Shown: positions 18,399 to 34,276 of the stretch, piece by piece
How the letters are laid out: each line of letters starts with the position of its first letter
Position numbering within the stretch: position 1 is the first letter of the stretch
From: the human T2T-CHM13v2.0 reference genome, Homo sapiens
Length of the DNA stretch: 64,000 nt
Direction: 5' to 3' (one strand)
Assembly: GCF_009914755.1 (NCBI RefSeq)
Contig: NC_060938.1
Position numbers and translations under genes: made by a program
The notes under the pieces: model-generated
The model's database searches: none
What the model was told of the DNA's origin: nothing
The model's input: the letters and a program-made list of their open reading frames with translations, nothing else

Positions 18399-19313
18399 TT
18401 ACAATTTGGCATGATTTTGCAGTGGCTGGTACCGGTTGTTCCTTTCCATGTTTAGTGCTTCCTTCAGGAGTTCTTTTAGGGCAGGCCTGGTGGTGACAAA
18501 ATCTCTCAGCATTTGCTTGTCTGTAGAGGATTTTATTTCTCCTTCACTTATGAAGCTTAGTTTGGCTGGATATGAAATTCTGAGTTGAAAATTCTTTTCT
18601 TTAAGAATGTTGAATATTGGTCCCCACTCTCTTCTGGCTTGTAGAGTTTCTGCTGAGAGATCCGCTATTAGTCTGATGGGCTTCCCTTTGTGGGTAACCC
18701 GACCTTTCTCTCTGGCTGCCCTTAACATTTTTTCCTTCATTTCAACTTTGGTGAATCTGACAATTATGTGTCTTGGAGATGCTCTTCTTGAGGAGTATCT
18801 TTGTGGCATTCTCTGTATTTCCTGAATCTGAATGTTGGCCTGCCTTGCTAGATTGGGGAAGTTCTCCTGGATGATATCCTGCAGAGTGTTTTCCAACCTG
18901 GTTGCATTCTCACCGTCACTTTCAGGTACACCAATCAGACGTAGATTTGGTCTTTTCACATAGTCCCATATTTCTTGGAGGCTTTGTTCGTTTCTTTTTA
19001 TTCTTTTTTCTCTAAACTTCCCTTCTCGCTTCATTTCATTCATTTCATCTTCCGTCACTGATACCCTTTCTTCCAGTTGATTCCATCGGCTCCTGAGGCT
19101 TCTGCATTCTTCACGTAGTTCTCGAGCCTTGGCTTTCAGCTGCATCACCTCCTTTAAGCACTTCTCTGTATTGGTTATTCTAGTTATACATTCGTCTAAA
19201 TTTTTTTCAAAGTTTTTAACTTCTTTGCCTTTGGTTTTAATTTCCTCCTGTAGCTCGGAGTAGTTTGATCGTCTGAAGCCTTCTTCTCTCAACTCGTCAA
19301 AGTCATTTTCCAT
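18399..19313 (-). pseudogene. L1 ORF1p coding sequence, open from an internal Met, N-terminus lost
   Basis: 304-aa ORF MENDFDEL...YPAKLSF...LQNHAKL. Confidence 0.92.
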
Positions 19314-19520
19314 CCAGCTTTGTTCCGTTGCTGGTTAGGAACTGCGTTCCTTTGGAGGAGGAGAGGTGTTCTGCTTTTTAGAGTTTCCAGTTTTTCCATC
19401 AGCAGAATGATTTTAAGGACTGAACTAAAATCTAGAGAAAATGATTGAGAAATGTTGAGTAATTAGTCTCCAAAAGTTAAGGATGAGCTTTGGCCTTAGG
19501 ATATTAAATGACTTGGGATA

Positions 19521-19799
19521 AGGAGCAGCAGCTCATGCCTATAATCCCAGCACTTTGGGAGGCTGAGATGGGCAGATCACCTGAGATCAGGAGTTCAAGA
19601 CCAGCCTGGCCAACATGGCAAAACCCTGTCTCTACTGAAAATATAAAAATTAGCTGGATATGGTGGTGCATGCTACTCGGGAGGCTGAGGCAGGAGAATT
19701 GCTTGAACTTGGGAGATGGAGGTTGTAGTGTGTGGAGAATGGGTCATTGCACTCCAGCCTGAGCAACAGAGCGAGACTCCGTCTCACAGAAAAAAAAAA
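19521..19799 (+). mobile_element. Alu SINE (AluS-type) with a small right-arm deletion
   Basis: Both arms and A tail; lacks 'ctgtaatcccag' near 19672. Confidence 0.93.
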
Positions 19800-20126
19800 G
19801 ACATGGGACACGTAGTATCCTTTGAAGTATTTATGGCACAACTTGCCTCTTAGAAGTTCTTGAAGATATGGAAGGAGAGCAAAGTGATGTGTGTTGTAGA
19901 AAACAGATGCTGCTGATTTGAATGAAGGTTCAACGTGAGAGCTTGGTCCATAAAGCAGACCCATGGACCTAGTCTACCCTACACTAACCTGCCTCCCCCA
20001 CACGCACAAACTGTGGAGGAGAACGCCCCCACACATTCTGGCTCTGTTTCCCCTTGTACTGTGGGAATTTGAGCCTCCTTATCCTCACAAATGGTTCTGA
20101 AAGCCCTCAAAAGAGTATATCACCAG

Positions 20127-20614
20127 TGTATTATTTTCCAATTTCTGCTGTAACACATTACCACAGTCTTAGTGGCTTAAAACCACACACACTTATCTTA
20201 TATAGTTCTGGGGGCTGTAAGTCTAAAATGGGTCGGCAGAGCCATGCTGCCTTGGGAAGCTCCACGGGAAAACCCATTTCGTTGCCTTTTCCAGCTTCTG
20301 AAGACTTCCTACATTTCTTAGCTTGAGGCCTCTTTCTTTATCTTTAAAGCCAGCAGTGCAGCATCTTTGTATCTCTCTCTGACCACTGCTTCTGTTGTTG
20401 TATCTTCTTCTCTGATTCTGACTCTCCTTCCTCCCTTTTCTAAGGACCCTGTGATTGATTGTCTTGGGCCCACCACATAATCCAGGATAATGTCCCCATC
20501 TCAACGTCCTTAATCACATCTACAATGTCCCTTTTGCCCTGTAAGGTAATGCACTCACAGCTTCTGGGGTTTAGGACGTGGGCATCTTTGGGGGGTCTTT
20601 ATTCCACTACCGCA
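20127..20614 (-). mobile_element. MaLR solo LTR (MLT1C/D-like)
   Basis: TG...CA ends, 'cttagtggcttaaaaccacac', 'ataatccaggataat', near-TSD accag/gccag. Confidence 0.85.
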
Positions 20615-22277
20615 GCCAGTTCTCTGAGAACTAGTTGTTTTTGTCACAGCAGGAGGTCTGTGATTTTTCTTCTTCTGATACTGGGTCATTAAATGCTGGC
20701 TTCATTTGCAGCTGGGGCCTCTTCTTCATCAATGGCAGATGCAGCAGCAGTGTCACAGATGCCTCCCAAAGGCACCCTCTCTCTGTGGATGCTGCCAGTC
20801 TCCAAGATTGAGGATGGTGATGTCAGCCCTACGGCTGCCCAAGGCCAGTGCTGTTTTTATTGTTTCCACCACCATCAACACAGCCAGCAGCATGAGGGGG
20901 GCCAATAATGTCAACAGGTTTCAGCATTTTCTCCATCATCACCCTTGGGACTTGGATGTGAGTCTCCTGGATAAGCTGAGCGATGGTCACCCTGCTTTGT
21001 TAATGACCACACCACCCCTTGAACCCTGGCCCATTGGTTTTGAACCAGCTTCTCTTTTTCCCTTTGGGGTCATTCTGTCCCAGGAGGCTCCTCTGTTCCT
21101 CCTTACACCACAGCTGTCCTTCCAGGCTCAGATATTTTGGAATCTCAGTGTAAACACAGCTGGGACTCAGGCTGCCACGTAACACATGCTTCTCTTAGGC
21201 TACCTTCCCAAGTGTTTACATTCCATGCTGGAAGAACTTGGCTCCTTCAAGAAACTCAGAGAAAGAATCAGTACAGTTCCTAATTTTTCACACTTTCTAC
21301 CTAGTCTAGGATTGAGCATCTGGATCCAATTGGAGGCCATTTGTCCTAATTTAGCACTTCCTATTAATTTGTAAGGAATTACTATTGAAATACATAATTT
21401 AGCAACTTCAGATTTTACAAGCTATGGCAAGTGCCATACCAAATAGGATTTGACTGGATTTATTGCTGTTGAAAAGGAAATCTTTGATTTTTCTCCTCCT
21501 AGCTACTATTGATTCATTTCATACCAGAGTGTATAAAATTGGACCTATAGAAAACATTTTCTTCCCTCCCTTGATCTGGTTGGAAAAAATGTTTTCATTT
21601 CATGAAATAAACAGTGAAAGAATTTTCATGAATATGTATGTAGTTTTAATGAGTTTTGTTTCTCATGATGAAATGTATTAATATTTTATATGTTGCCCTC
21701 CCGGGAAATGGAGGAATCTGAGATCCTAGACTAGCTGCAGTTTGTCCAACAGGAATCAATATTCATAATGCTCAGGACAGTGGAACCTAATTCCCAGAAC
21801 CTCTGGTTGTGGAGGCTGACCTGGGCAGAGGAGGCAGGCTGAGGAGGCATTGTTGCAGTAGGGAATATCCTGCACATACCCAGCTTCTTCACCTGGGTGG
21901 CGAGGACACAGGTTGCTGAAGACTCAGGAATGTGTATACAAGTCTTTAAGGAGTAGGAAATGGGAGGGAGATGAGGGGTGGGCATGGTGGGAGGCTCCTG
22001 AGAGATATAAAAACAGGGTTCCAGTAGTTGGACTGTCGTCCTTCCACAGGCCTTTTCATTGATGTGCAAGAGTCATCTTTTGGTACCACTTCCTGGGGAC
22101 ATTTCCTCCCTCGAGATTGATAACTGAGAATAACCCTAGCCATACTGGAATATAATTCCTGATATCCTGAAAGTGTATTTTCACATTCAGATATACAACT
22201 ATACCCAGGTGTACCTATTCCCGTTAATTTTGGGCATGGCGCGGTAGCTGAGGCCCATGGATTGAAACAAAGACCGC

Positions 22278-22296
22278 TTCTGCCATCTGCTGGGCA
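22278..22296 (-). promoter_or_regulatory. Candidate CTCF motif
   Basis: Minus strand reads tgcccagcagatggcagaa, matching the CCASYAGRKGGCRS core. Confidence 0.45.
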
Positions 22297-25054
22297 CTCT
22301 GAGGAACTCAAAGGATTTTTCCACAGGAAGAGGGGGAGTTTGATGAATTTCGTTTCAAATTTACTTTAGCACTTGAGAATTTAGCCAAGTATTAAACAGA
22401 TTAATTTTTGCCTTTGTGAAGGCTTGCATGACTTTGATCATTCAGTCGTTTTAATGAACTCAACGTGGTTGTTTCCGATTTGGCCTTGAAAGCCTTGGCA
22501 TGTCGCCGTGCTCTGAGTGGGAGCCTCGCTGCCTCCAGCTTGGGTTTCTCAGTTTTGGCAGGGCTTTCCTTCCCACTGATGGAAGATTTACAGAGGAAAA
22601 AAAAATCATTATGTCTGAAATTCTGCCAGGATACATCAGCGTATTTCCAGGCTGCCATCTACCGTGTAACTCTCTGAAGATTTAATATGAAAATTAAAAA
22701 AAAAATTGCAATGCACCTGCTCCTAAGGAAAACTACCTTGTCGTAGGATCGCATGCTTTTATTAAATTAGAGAATTTTAAATTGTATTTATGAGGATGTA
22801 CAACTTGGGTTTCTTCCCTTAGGCTTCCTGGTCTCTGTGTTAAGTACAACTTGCCTCCAAGGTCACCCTCCCACCCTCCATAATTAGCCCAGAAATTTAA
22901 CAGGGGCTTCTGGCAGCAGTTTTACCCAGCAAGCTTAGCGTAGCACTATTTGTGGTCAGATCCTGAGTGATTCAGCAGCTCTACTATCCTTAGAGTCTTG
23001 TCTCATCCCACACAAAGCCCTTTTCAGACCCAGTTTGACATTCTGATATTGTACCATGGCCCCGCAGGGTCAGGGAGTATAATGTGGTGATTCAATAGCT
23101 GTCTTGGAGCAGAAAAAGGGCATTCAGTGGTGGGTTAAAGGGCAGGCTGGTGACAAGGAGGGAGCAAGACAACATTCTACAGATTCTGCAGCTTTGCTTG
23201 GCTAGGAGCGAAACATCTCACCTCGAAAAATGGCTTCAGAGGCACAAAAATTATTTTCTTTGTTACTTAGCTTTTTAGTATCAGGACCTCAGACCTGAGT
23301 TGGTAGGGTATGACTAGATAGGAGAAGTTCCTCTCTGTGGGGTCCCTTCCTTGGCATACTGTTTTGTGGTAAATGGACTGAAACAGAATTCATTGAAGTC
23401 AACTGAAGTCACTGAGAATGTCTGCTTAAGTTGTTGAACATTACAGTTTTGGTGATATGCTTGGAAGCTAAAATCCATGACGGGCTTCTCCAAATTTTAT
23501 CCTCTTATTTTCTTTGACTGGTTTCTGTACCTGGTCCAGTTTTAAAAGCTATTTGTGACCATGCTGGATGTCAGAATAAGAGAGCACTCAAGAGAAGTGA
23601 GATTATTGGGTTTGGTCCATGGGATATTTCATACCTAGAGTAGCCTTCCATTTCAGAGCTATTTTAAAGCTGGTTCCTCACTTTGTTGAGAGCAGTTGAG
23701 AGCAAACTGATGGATGGGGATGTGAGAAATAAGTTCTCCTGGACATGATTTGCAGTCTATACATATTTACCTTTTAGAGAAAAAGGAAATGACAGCCACA
23801 ATTTGTCCTTTGCTGATTAACATGCCATTTCTCACTGTTTTGATAAGCAACAACAACAATAAATCCCACCTCTTGCCATATTTCTCAGACCTGGGAAACT
23901 TGTGTTAAGTCAAACTTTGTTCCAAGTTGACTGTCCCACTCTGAGGGCAACTTGAAGGGGTGACAATGCCTAGATGATCTGAGTTTTACTAATACTAAGC
24001 AAATTGTGGTTATTTGCTTCGGGCAGACTGAAAGGAAATTTATCCTTGCAACATTTATGAAGATCTTGTTTGCTAAGCAACTTAGTATTATCAAGGAAGG
24101 TGGGATTGTATTGTAGAGAACTGCTTTGCTAGATAGCAGGACATTTAGGATCTGGTTTCATTCTGGCACTCACCAACTGTGTGATCCTGGCTTTTATCTT
24201 TTTAGCTTAAGTTTTCTCATCTGGAAAGTGGTTGGCATGATGATTTCTGTAGTCCTTTTAAGTTTTAGAATACCATAATCTACCTTTGCAAGAAGAAGAG
24301 TCATTTTTGAGGTATATAGATAACATTCTAATTAATCTCGTATCTTCATTTAAATAGACTTTGAAATATTATGTGAGCAGTTAAAATATAGCCCCTATTC
24401 ATCTATATGTCTATCTCTCATCTACCTCTTTTTTCATTCTTTTCATTCATCTGCCTACCTGTATATATAATATTGGGTTATCAAGTAGGCAGATTAAGCC
24501 TGTACTCAAGCAGTGGTACCAAAAATATTTTGGAAATAATTTGATATATGAAAAAACTTATCAAAATGGTCATTCTGAGAAAAATTACCTTTATTAATTT
24601 CTTTATACCGATTTTATGTGTTAACATTGTATATATGGGAAGTAGTAGTCTTGTAACCTTTTAGTTTTTAGGGCTTCTATAGGTATTTATTTATTTATTT
24701 ATTTATTTAATTTCAATAGTTTTTTTTGGGGAACAGGTGGTGTTTGGTTGCATGGAAAAGTTCTTCAGTGGTGATTCTGAGATTTTGGTACACCTGAGCA
24801 GTGTACACTGCACCCTATTTGTAGTCTTTTATCCCTTACCCCCCTCCCACGCTTCACCCTGAGTCCCCAGAATCCATTATTTTATTCTTAGGTGTTTGGG
24901 TCCTCATAGCTTAGCTTCCACTTATAAATGAAAACATGTGACTTTTGGTTTTCCATTTCCGAGTTACTTCATTTAGAATAATGGTCTCCAACTCCATCCA
25001 GGTTGCTACAAATGCCATTATTTCATTCCTTTTTATGGCTCAGTAGTATTCCAT

Positions 25055-25055
<1 letters not shown>

Positions 25056-25095
<40 letters not shown>
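25056..25095. repeat. (TG)n microsatellite
   Basis: About 20 consecutive TG units. Confidence 0.97.
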
Positions 25096-25099
<4 letters not shown>

Positions 25100-25380
25100 A
25101 TCTCACATTTTCTTTATCCACTTGTTGGTTGCTTTCATGTTTTTGCAATTGAGAATTGTGCTGCTATAAACGTGTGTGCAAGTGTGTTTTTTCATATAAT
25201 AACTTATTTTCCTCTGGGTAAATACCCAGTAGTGGGACTGCTGGATCAAATTGTAGTTCTACTTTTAGTTCTTTAAGGAATCCCCATACTATTTTCGATA
25301 GTGTTTGTACCAGTTTACATACCCACCAGAAGTATAAAAGTGTTGCCTTTTCACCACATCCATGCCAACATCTGTTAACA

Positions 25381-25942
25381 TTGTTTTGGTCAATCTTTCC
25401 CACTTGGAATGGCTGTATTTGCCCAATGCCTGTACCCCTGTTGTATCTAGGAAGTAATTAACATGCTTTTAATTTTACAAGCTTATAGGTGGAAGGGATT
25501 TGCCTTTTCTCAGATGAGACTTTTGACTGTGGACTTTTGAGTTAATGCTGAAATGAGTTAAGACTTTAGGGGACTGTTGGGAAGCCATCATTGGTCTTGA
25601 AATGTGAGGACATGAGATTTGGGAGGGGCCAGGGGTGAAATGATATGGTTTGGCTGTGTTGCCACCCAAATCTCATCTTGAATTCCCATGTGTTGTGGGA
25701 GGACCTGGTGGGAAGTAATTGAATCATGGGCTAGGTCTTTCACATGGGAAAGAGGTTTCCCTGCACAAGTTCTCTTTCCCTGCTGCCATCCATTTAAGAC
25801 ATGACTTGCTCCTCCTTGCCTTCCACCATGATTGTGAGGCCTACCCAGCCATGTGGAACTGTAGTCCATTAAACCTGTTTATTTTGTAAATTGCCCAGTC
25901 TCAGGTATGTCTTTATCAGCAGCATGGAAACAGACCAATACA
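25381..25942 (+). mobile_element. THE1 (THE1B/C-like) internal 3' end plus 3' LTR (25641-25942), inside the inverted block
   Basis: Polypurine tract 'gggaggggccagggg' then tgatatggtttggctgtg...aataca, followed by tcacc (reverse complement of the TSD). Confidence 0.92.
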
Positions 25943-28115
<2,173 letters not shown>

Positions 28116-28117
28116 TA

Positions 28118-29144
28118 CACGAAACCATCTTTTCCTCCTAGGCCTCTGGTCATGTGATCAAAGGGGCTGCTGTGAAGATCTCTGACATGCCCTGGAGATG
28201 TTTTCCCCACTGTCTTGGGGATTAACATTTGGCTCCTCATTACTTACGCAAATTTCTGCAGGCGGCTTGAATTTCTCATCAGAAAATGGAATTTTCTTTT
28301 TTATTACATTATCAGGCTACTCATTTTCTGAACTTTTATGCTGTTTCCCTTTTAAAACTGAATGCCTTTAACAGCACCCAAGTCACCTCTTGAATGCTTT
28401 GCTGCTTAGAAATTTCTTCTGCCAGATACCCTAAATCATCTCTCTCAAGTTCAAAGTTCCACAAATCTCTAGGGCAGGGGCAAAATGCCGCCAGTGTCTC
28501 TGCTAAAACATAACAAGAGTCACTTTTGCTTCAGTTCCCAATAAGTTCCTCATCTCCATCTGAGACCACCTCAACCTGGATTTCATTGTCCATATCACTG
28601 TCAACATTTTGGATAAAGCCATTCAATAAGTCTCTAGGAAGTTTCAAACTTTCCCACATTTTCCTGTCTCCTTCTGAGCCCTCCAAACTGTTCCAACCCC
28701 TGCCTGTTACGCAGTTCCAAAGTCACTTCCACATTTTCAGGTATCTCTTCAGCAGAGCCCTACTCTACTGGTACCAATTTACTGTATTAGTCCATTTTCA
28801 AGCTACTGATAAAGACATACCTGAGACTGGGCAATTTACAAAAGAAACAGGTCTAATGGACTTACAGTTCCACATGGCTGGGGAGGCCTCCCAATCATGG
28901 AGGAAGGCAAGGAGAAGCAAGTCACATCTTACATAAATGGCAGCAGGCAAAGAAAATAAGCTTGTGTAGGGAACCACCCCCCCCGCCTTATAAAACCATC
29001 AAGTCTCATGAGACTTATTCACTATCACGAGAAGAGCATGGGAAAGACCTGCCCCCATGATTCAGTTACCTCCCACCAGGTCCCTCCCGCAACACATGGG
29101 AATTCAAGATGAGATTTGGGTGGGGACATAGCCAAACCATATCA
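28118..29144 (-). mobile_element. THE1 internal 5' part plus 5' LTR (28783-29144)
   Basis: Antisense THE1-int and LTR tgtattagtcc...aaaccatatca, followed by TSD ggtga. Confidence 0.92.
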
Positions 29145-29924
29145 GGTGATATTGGCTTCATAGAATGATTTAGGGAGGATTCCCTCTTTGTCTGTCTTTT
29201 GGAATAGTTTCCAAAGATTGGTACCAACTCTTCTTTGATTGTCTGATAGAATTCAGCTATGAATCTATCTGGTCCTGGACTTTTTTTTTGTTATTGGCAA
29301 TTTTTAAATCAGTGTTTCAATCTTGCTATTGTTATTGGTCTGTTCAAAGTTTCTATTTCTTCCTCAATTAATCCAGGAGGGTTGTATATTTCCAGGAATT
29401 TATCCATATCCTCTAGATGTTCTAGTTTGTGTGCATAGAAGTGTTCATTGGAGTCTCAAATGATCTTTTGTATTTCTGTGGTATTGGTTATAATATCTCC
29501 TGTTTGTTTTTGGATCTTCTCCCTTTTTTTCTTGGTTAATGTTGCTAATGGTCTATCAATTTTGTTTATCTTTTCAAAGAACCAGCCTTTTGTTCCAGTT
29601 ATCTTGTGTATTTTTTTTGTTTCAATTTCATTTAGTTCTGCTGTGATCTTGGTTATCGCTTTTCTTCTGCTGGGTTTGGGCTTGGTTTGTTCTTGTTTCT
29701 CAGCTCCTTGAGGTGTGACCTTAGATTGTCTATTTTTGCTGTTTCAGACTTTTTGATGTAGGCATTTAATGCTATGAACTTTCCTCTTAGCACCACCTTT
29801 GCTGTAGCCCAGAGGTTTTGATAGGTTATGTCACTATTACTGTTCAGTTTAAAGAATGTTTAAATTTCCATCTTGATTTCATTGTTGACCCAAGGATCAT
29901 TCTGGAGCAGATTTTTTAATTTCT

Positions 29925-30229
<305 letters not shown>

Positions 30230-33200
30230 AGATTATTTAATTTCTATGTATTTGTATAGTTTTGAGGGTTCCTTTTGGAGTTTATTTCCAGTTTTAGTCT
30301 ACTGTGGTCTGAGAGGGTACTTGATATAATTTCAACTTTCTTAAATTTATTGAGTCTTGTTTTGTGGCCTAACATGTGGTCTCTCTTGAAGAATGTTCCA
30401 TGTGCCGGATGAAAAGAATGTTTATTCTGCAGTTGTTGGGTATAATGTTCTTTAAATATCTGTTAAGTGCATTTGTTTTAGGGTATAGTTTAAGCCCATT
30501 GTTTCTTTGTTGCCTTTCTGTCTTGATGCCCTGTCTAGTGCTGTCAGTGAAGTATTGAAGTCTCCACTATTACTATATTGCTGTCTATCTCATTTCTTAG
30601 GTGTAGTAATAATTGTTTTATAAATTTGAGACTCCAGTGTTAGGCGCATATATATTTAGGATTGTGATATTTTCCTTTTGTACTTATTTTATCATTGTAA
30701 AATTACCTCTTTGTCTTTTTAACTGTTGTTGCTTTAAAGTCTGTTTTGTCTAATGTAAGAATAGGGACTCCTGCTCACTTTTGGTTTGTGTTTGCATTGA
30801 ATATCTTTTTCCACCGCTTTACCTTAAGTTTATGTGAGTCCTTATGTGTTAAGTGAGTCTCTGGAAGACAGTAGATACTCGGTCAGTAGATTTTTATCTA
30901 TTCTGCCATTCTGCATCTTTTCAGCGGAGCATTTAGGCCATTTACATTCAACATTAGTATTGACATGTGAGGTACTGTTTTACTCCCCATGCTAGTTGTT
31001 ACCTGAATACCTTTTGTGTGTTTTTTTTTCATTGTGCTGTTGTTTTATAGACCCTGTGAGATTTATGCTTTAAGGAGGTTCTATTTTGGTGTACTTAGAG
31101 GTTTTGTTTCAAGATTTAGAATTCCTTGTGGCATTTCTTGTAGTGCTGCTTGGCAGTGGCGAATTCTCTCTGCATTTTTTTTTTGTCTGAAAAAGACTGT
31201 ATCTTTCCTCCATTTATGAAGCTTAGTTTTGCTGGATACAAAATTATTGACTGGCAATTACTTTTTTTGAGGAGGCTAAAGATAGAACCCCAATACCTTC
31301 TGGCTTTCAGGGTTCTGCTGAGAAATTTGCTGTTATTCTGATATGTTTTCTTTTATAGGTTATCTGATGCTTTTGCCTCACAGCTGTTAAGATTCTTTCC
31401 TTCGTCTTGGCTTTAGATAACCCGATGACTGTGTACCTAGGTGATGATCTTTTTGTGATGAATTTCCCAGGTTTTCTTTGAGCTTCCTATATTTGGATGT
31501 CTAGATCTCTAGTGAGGCCAGGGAAGCTATCCTTGATTATTCCCTCAGATAAGTTTTCCAGACTTAGATTTCTTTTTTTCAGGAACACCAGTTATTCTTA
31601 GGTTTAGCCATTTAACATAATCCCAAATTTTATAGAGGCTTTGTTCATTTCTTAATATTCTTTTTTCTTTATCTTTGTCTGATTGGATGAATTCAAAAGC
31701 CTTGTCTATGAGTTCTGAAGTTCTTTCTCTACTTGTTCTAGTCTATTATTGACACTTTTCAGTGCACTTTTGTATTTTTCTGAGTATGTCTTTCATTTCC
31801 AGAATTTGTGATTGTTTTCTCTCTATGATATCTATTTCTCTGGAGAATTTTTCATCCATATCCTTTATTTATTTATTTTTTTAATTTCTTTAAGCAGGTT
31901 TTCACCTTTCTCTGGTATCTCCTTGAACAGCTTGATAATCAACCATCAGAATTCTTTATCTGGCAATTCAGAGATGTCTTCTTGGTTTGGATCCATTGCT
32001 GGGGAGGTAATGTGGTCTTTGGGGGGTGTTGTAGAACCTTGTTTTGTCATATTACCAGAATTACTTTTCTGATTCCTTTTCATTTGGGTAGACTATGTCA
32101 GAGGGAAGATCTGTGACTCAAGGGCTGTTGTTCAGATTTTTTTGTTCCAAGGGGTGATCCCTTGATGTGGTGGTGTCCTACTTCCCCTAGGGATGGGGCT
32201 TCCTGAGAGTCAGACTGCAGTAATTGCTGTTGCTCTTCTGGGTCTAGTCACCCAGTGGGGCTACTAGGCTGCAGGCTGGTGCTGGGCAATGTCTGCAGAG
32301 TCCTATGATGTGATCCGTCTTCTGGTCTCCCAGACATAGATACCAGGACTTGCTCTAGTGGAGGTGGCTGTAATGTCCTGAGTTGGTTGGCCTTCAGCCA
32401 GGAGGTGGTGCTTTCAAGAGAGCACCAGCTGTAATAGTAGAAGGGAGACATAAGCTCACCCTAAGTTGGCCAGGATTAGTATTTGGGTTATGGGCAGGGC
32501 CATAAAGTTCCCAAGAGTTTATGTTTTTTGTGATCAGCTACCAGGGTGGATAGAGAAATACCATCAGGTGAGGGAAGGGTTAGGTGAGTCTGAGCTCAGA
32601 CTCTTCTTGGTTAGGGCTTACCATGGCCACTGTGGGGGTTGGGGACTGGTTCTCAGGGGTTATGTTCCAGAGGGGATTATGGCTGTCTCTTTTGCCAGTG
32701 ATATGGGGGAAAGCTGGTAGCAACAGGCCTCCTCCAACTCCCATGCAGTCAGTGAGGCCAGTCTTGCTCCTGCAGTGCCCAAGTAACAGTTTATCTCTGG
32801 GCAGCCTGCATTCTGGGCTCAGACCTTGCCCCAGGCACAAACTTCTTCGCTGACAAAGCAAGCACAGCTTTCAGGCCTTGCTCCTCCTCGTCAGCCCACA
32901 TTGTTGGCCACAGCTCCATTGTTCCTCTGTGCAGCAGTTCCCATTTGCTCCTTGGATTCTGCTCAAGAGAGTTCATGCCCAGTTGAAATTATTACAAAGT
33001 TCAGTTGGAAGCTTGTTTCACCCTGTGACCCCTCCCAAATTCCACTGGCTGCCTTCCCTGACGGCCCCTGTGAGATAGAGCCAGGGATGGCTTCCCTGGG
33101 CTCGAGCTGGAGACTGGAGTGCCTATAAGACTCTTCCCACTGCTGCTTCTACTTTTATATTTCACACTAAATCCATTTCAGCTCCAGGTAAGGTTAAATC

Positions 33201-33675
33201 CTTCTCCCATAATCTGGATTTTCAGGTTCCCCAGTGGGGGTGTGTGTTCAGAGGCAGATTTTTCCCTTCTCACACTTTGGAAACTCACAGTTTTTCATCT
33301 GTCTTGTGGAATTTTCAGTGGTGTGCTGCTTCTTTCAAAGGATGTGTGAACTCTTTCGGTTTTCCTGGTACGTTCCTGTGGTGGTTCTTGGAGCAAAAGT
33401 CCATGGTGTGAGTCTCTTCATGCCGTTCTGTCCATCCAAATGGGAGCTACATGTTAGCCCTTTCTCCTATCCTCTATCTTCTTGAAAATCCCCCTCTTGT
33501 ATAGGTCTTAAATTGGAAATTGTACCTCTGTCTCAAGCTCTTTATCTCTATATCTCTTGACACACACACTGTCACACACACAAGTATTTGACACATCTGC
33601 CAGGTGTTTATTAGCACTTTATGTACATTCAGTCCTCAGATTGACTCTAGGAGATGATATGAAGGATTTGAGGAT

Positions 33676-34088
33676 TGCGGTTGCCTCCCTAGTATCCATT
33701 CTGCCCCTCTCCTATTGCAGTTTGTTCTAATTCCCAGATCCCATTTCTCTTGCCAACAGGTGAACAAAGATGGCCCAATTAAAGGGAGGTCCAGGATTTT
33801 TGTTAGATGGTTAGGGAAGACACTCCTGTTTATTGAATATGAATGGGGAAATACGAAAGTCCAGAAGCTTGTGGCAGCCACCTTTTCCATCACAGTACAG
33901 CCAGCCTTGGGGTGTGTGGATGTTCCCAAGAGCAGAGCAGACAATGGAAAGAGGCTGGGTATTTAGTGAGATTGCTGAGCCACTGAAGATTTCCCTACTA
34001 TTGGGCTTTTCAGTTTTATGAGACATTAAATTCCCTTATTCATTTGGGTCTTGCGTTCTATTACCAAAGGCATATTAACTGAAACATG
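33676..34088 (+). mobile_element. Old MaLR LTR (MLT1J/K/L group)
   Basis: MLT1-like start 'ttgcctccctagtatccattc' and end 'ccaaaggcatattaactgaaaca'. Confidence 0.5.
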
Positions 34089-34276
34089 TAAACATTTTCT
34101 GCATTTTACTGGTGAAACCAAATCTCAGAAAGCCTGGGAATGGCTAGATACACTGATCCTTTAGAAAATGTCCAAGGCACAGTTAGGGCCAAACGGGGAT
34201 TGGAACCCAGGATATCTGACTCTAACCTCCATGCATGTAACAGCTACATTATTTTTTCTCTTCAAGAAAACTACTG

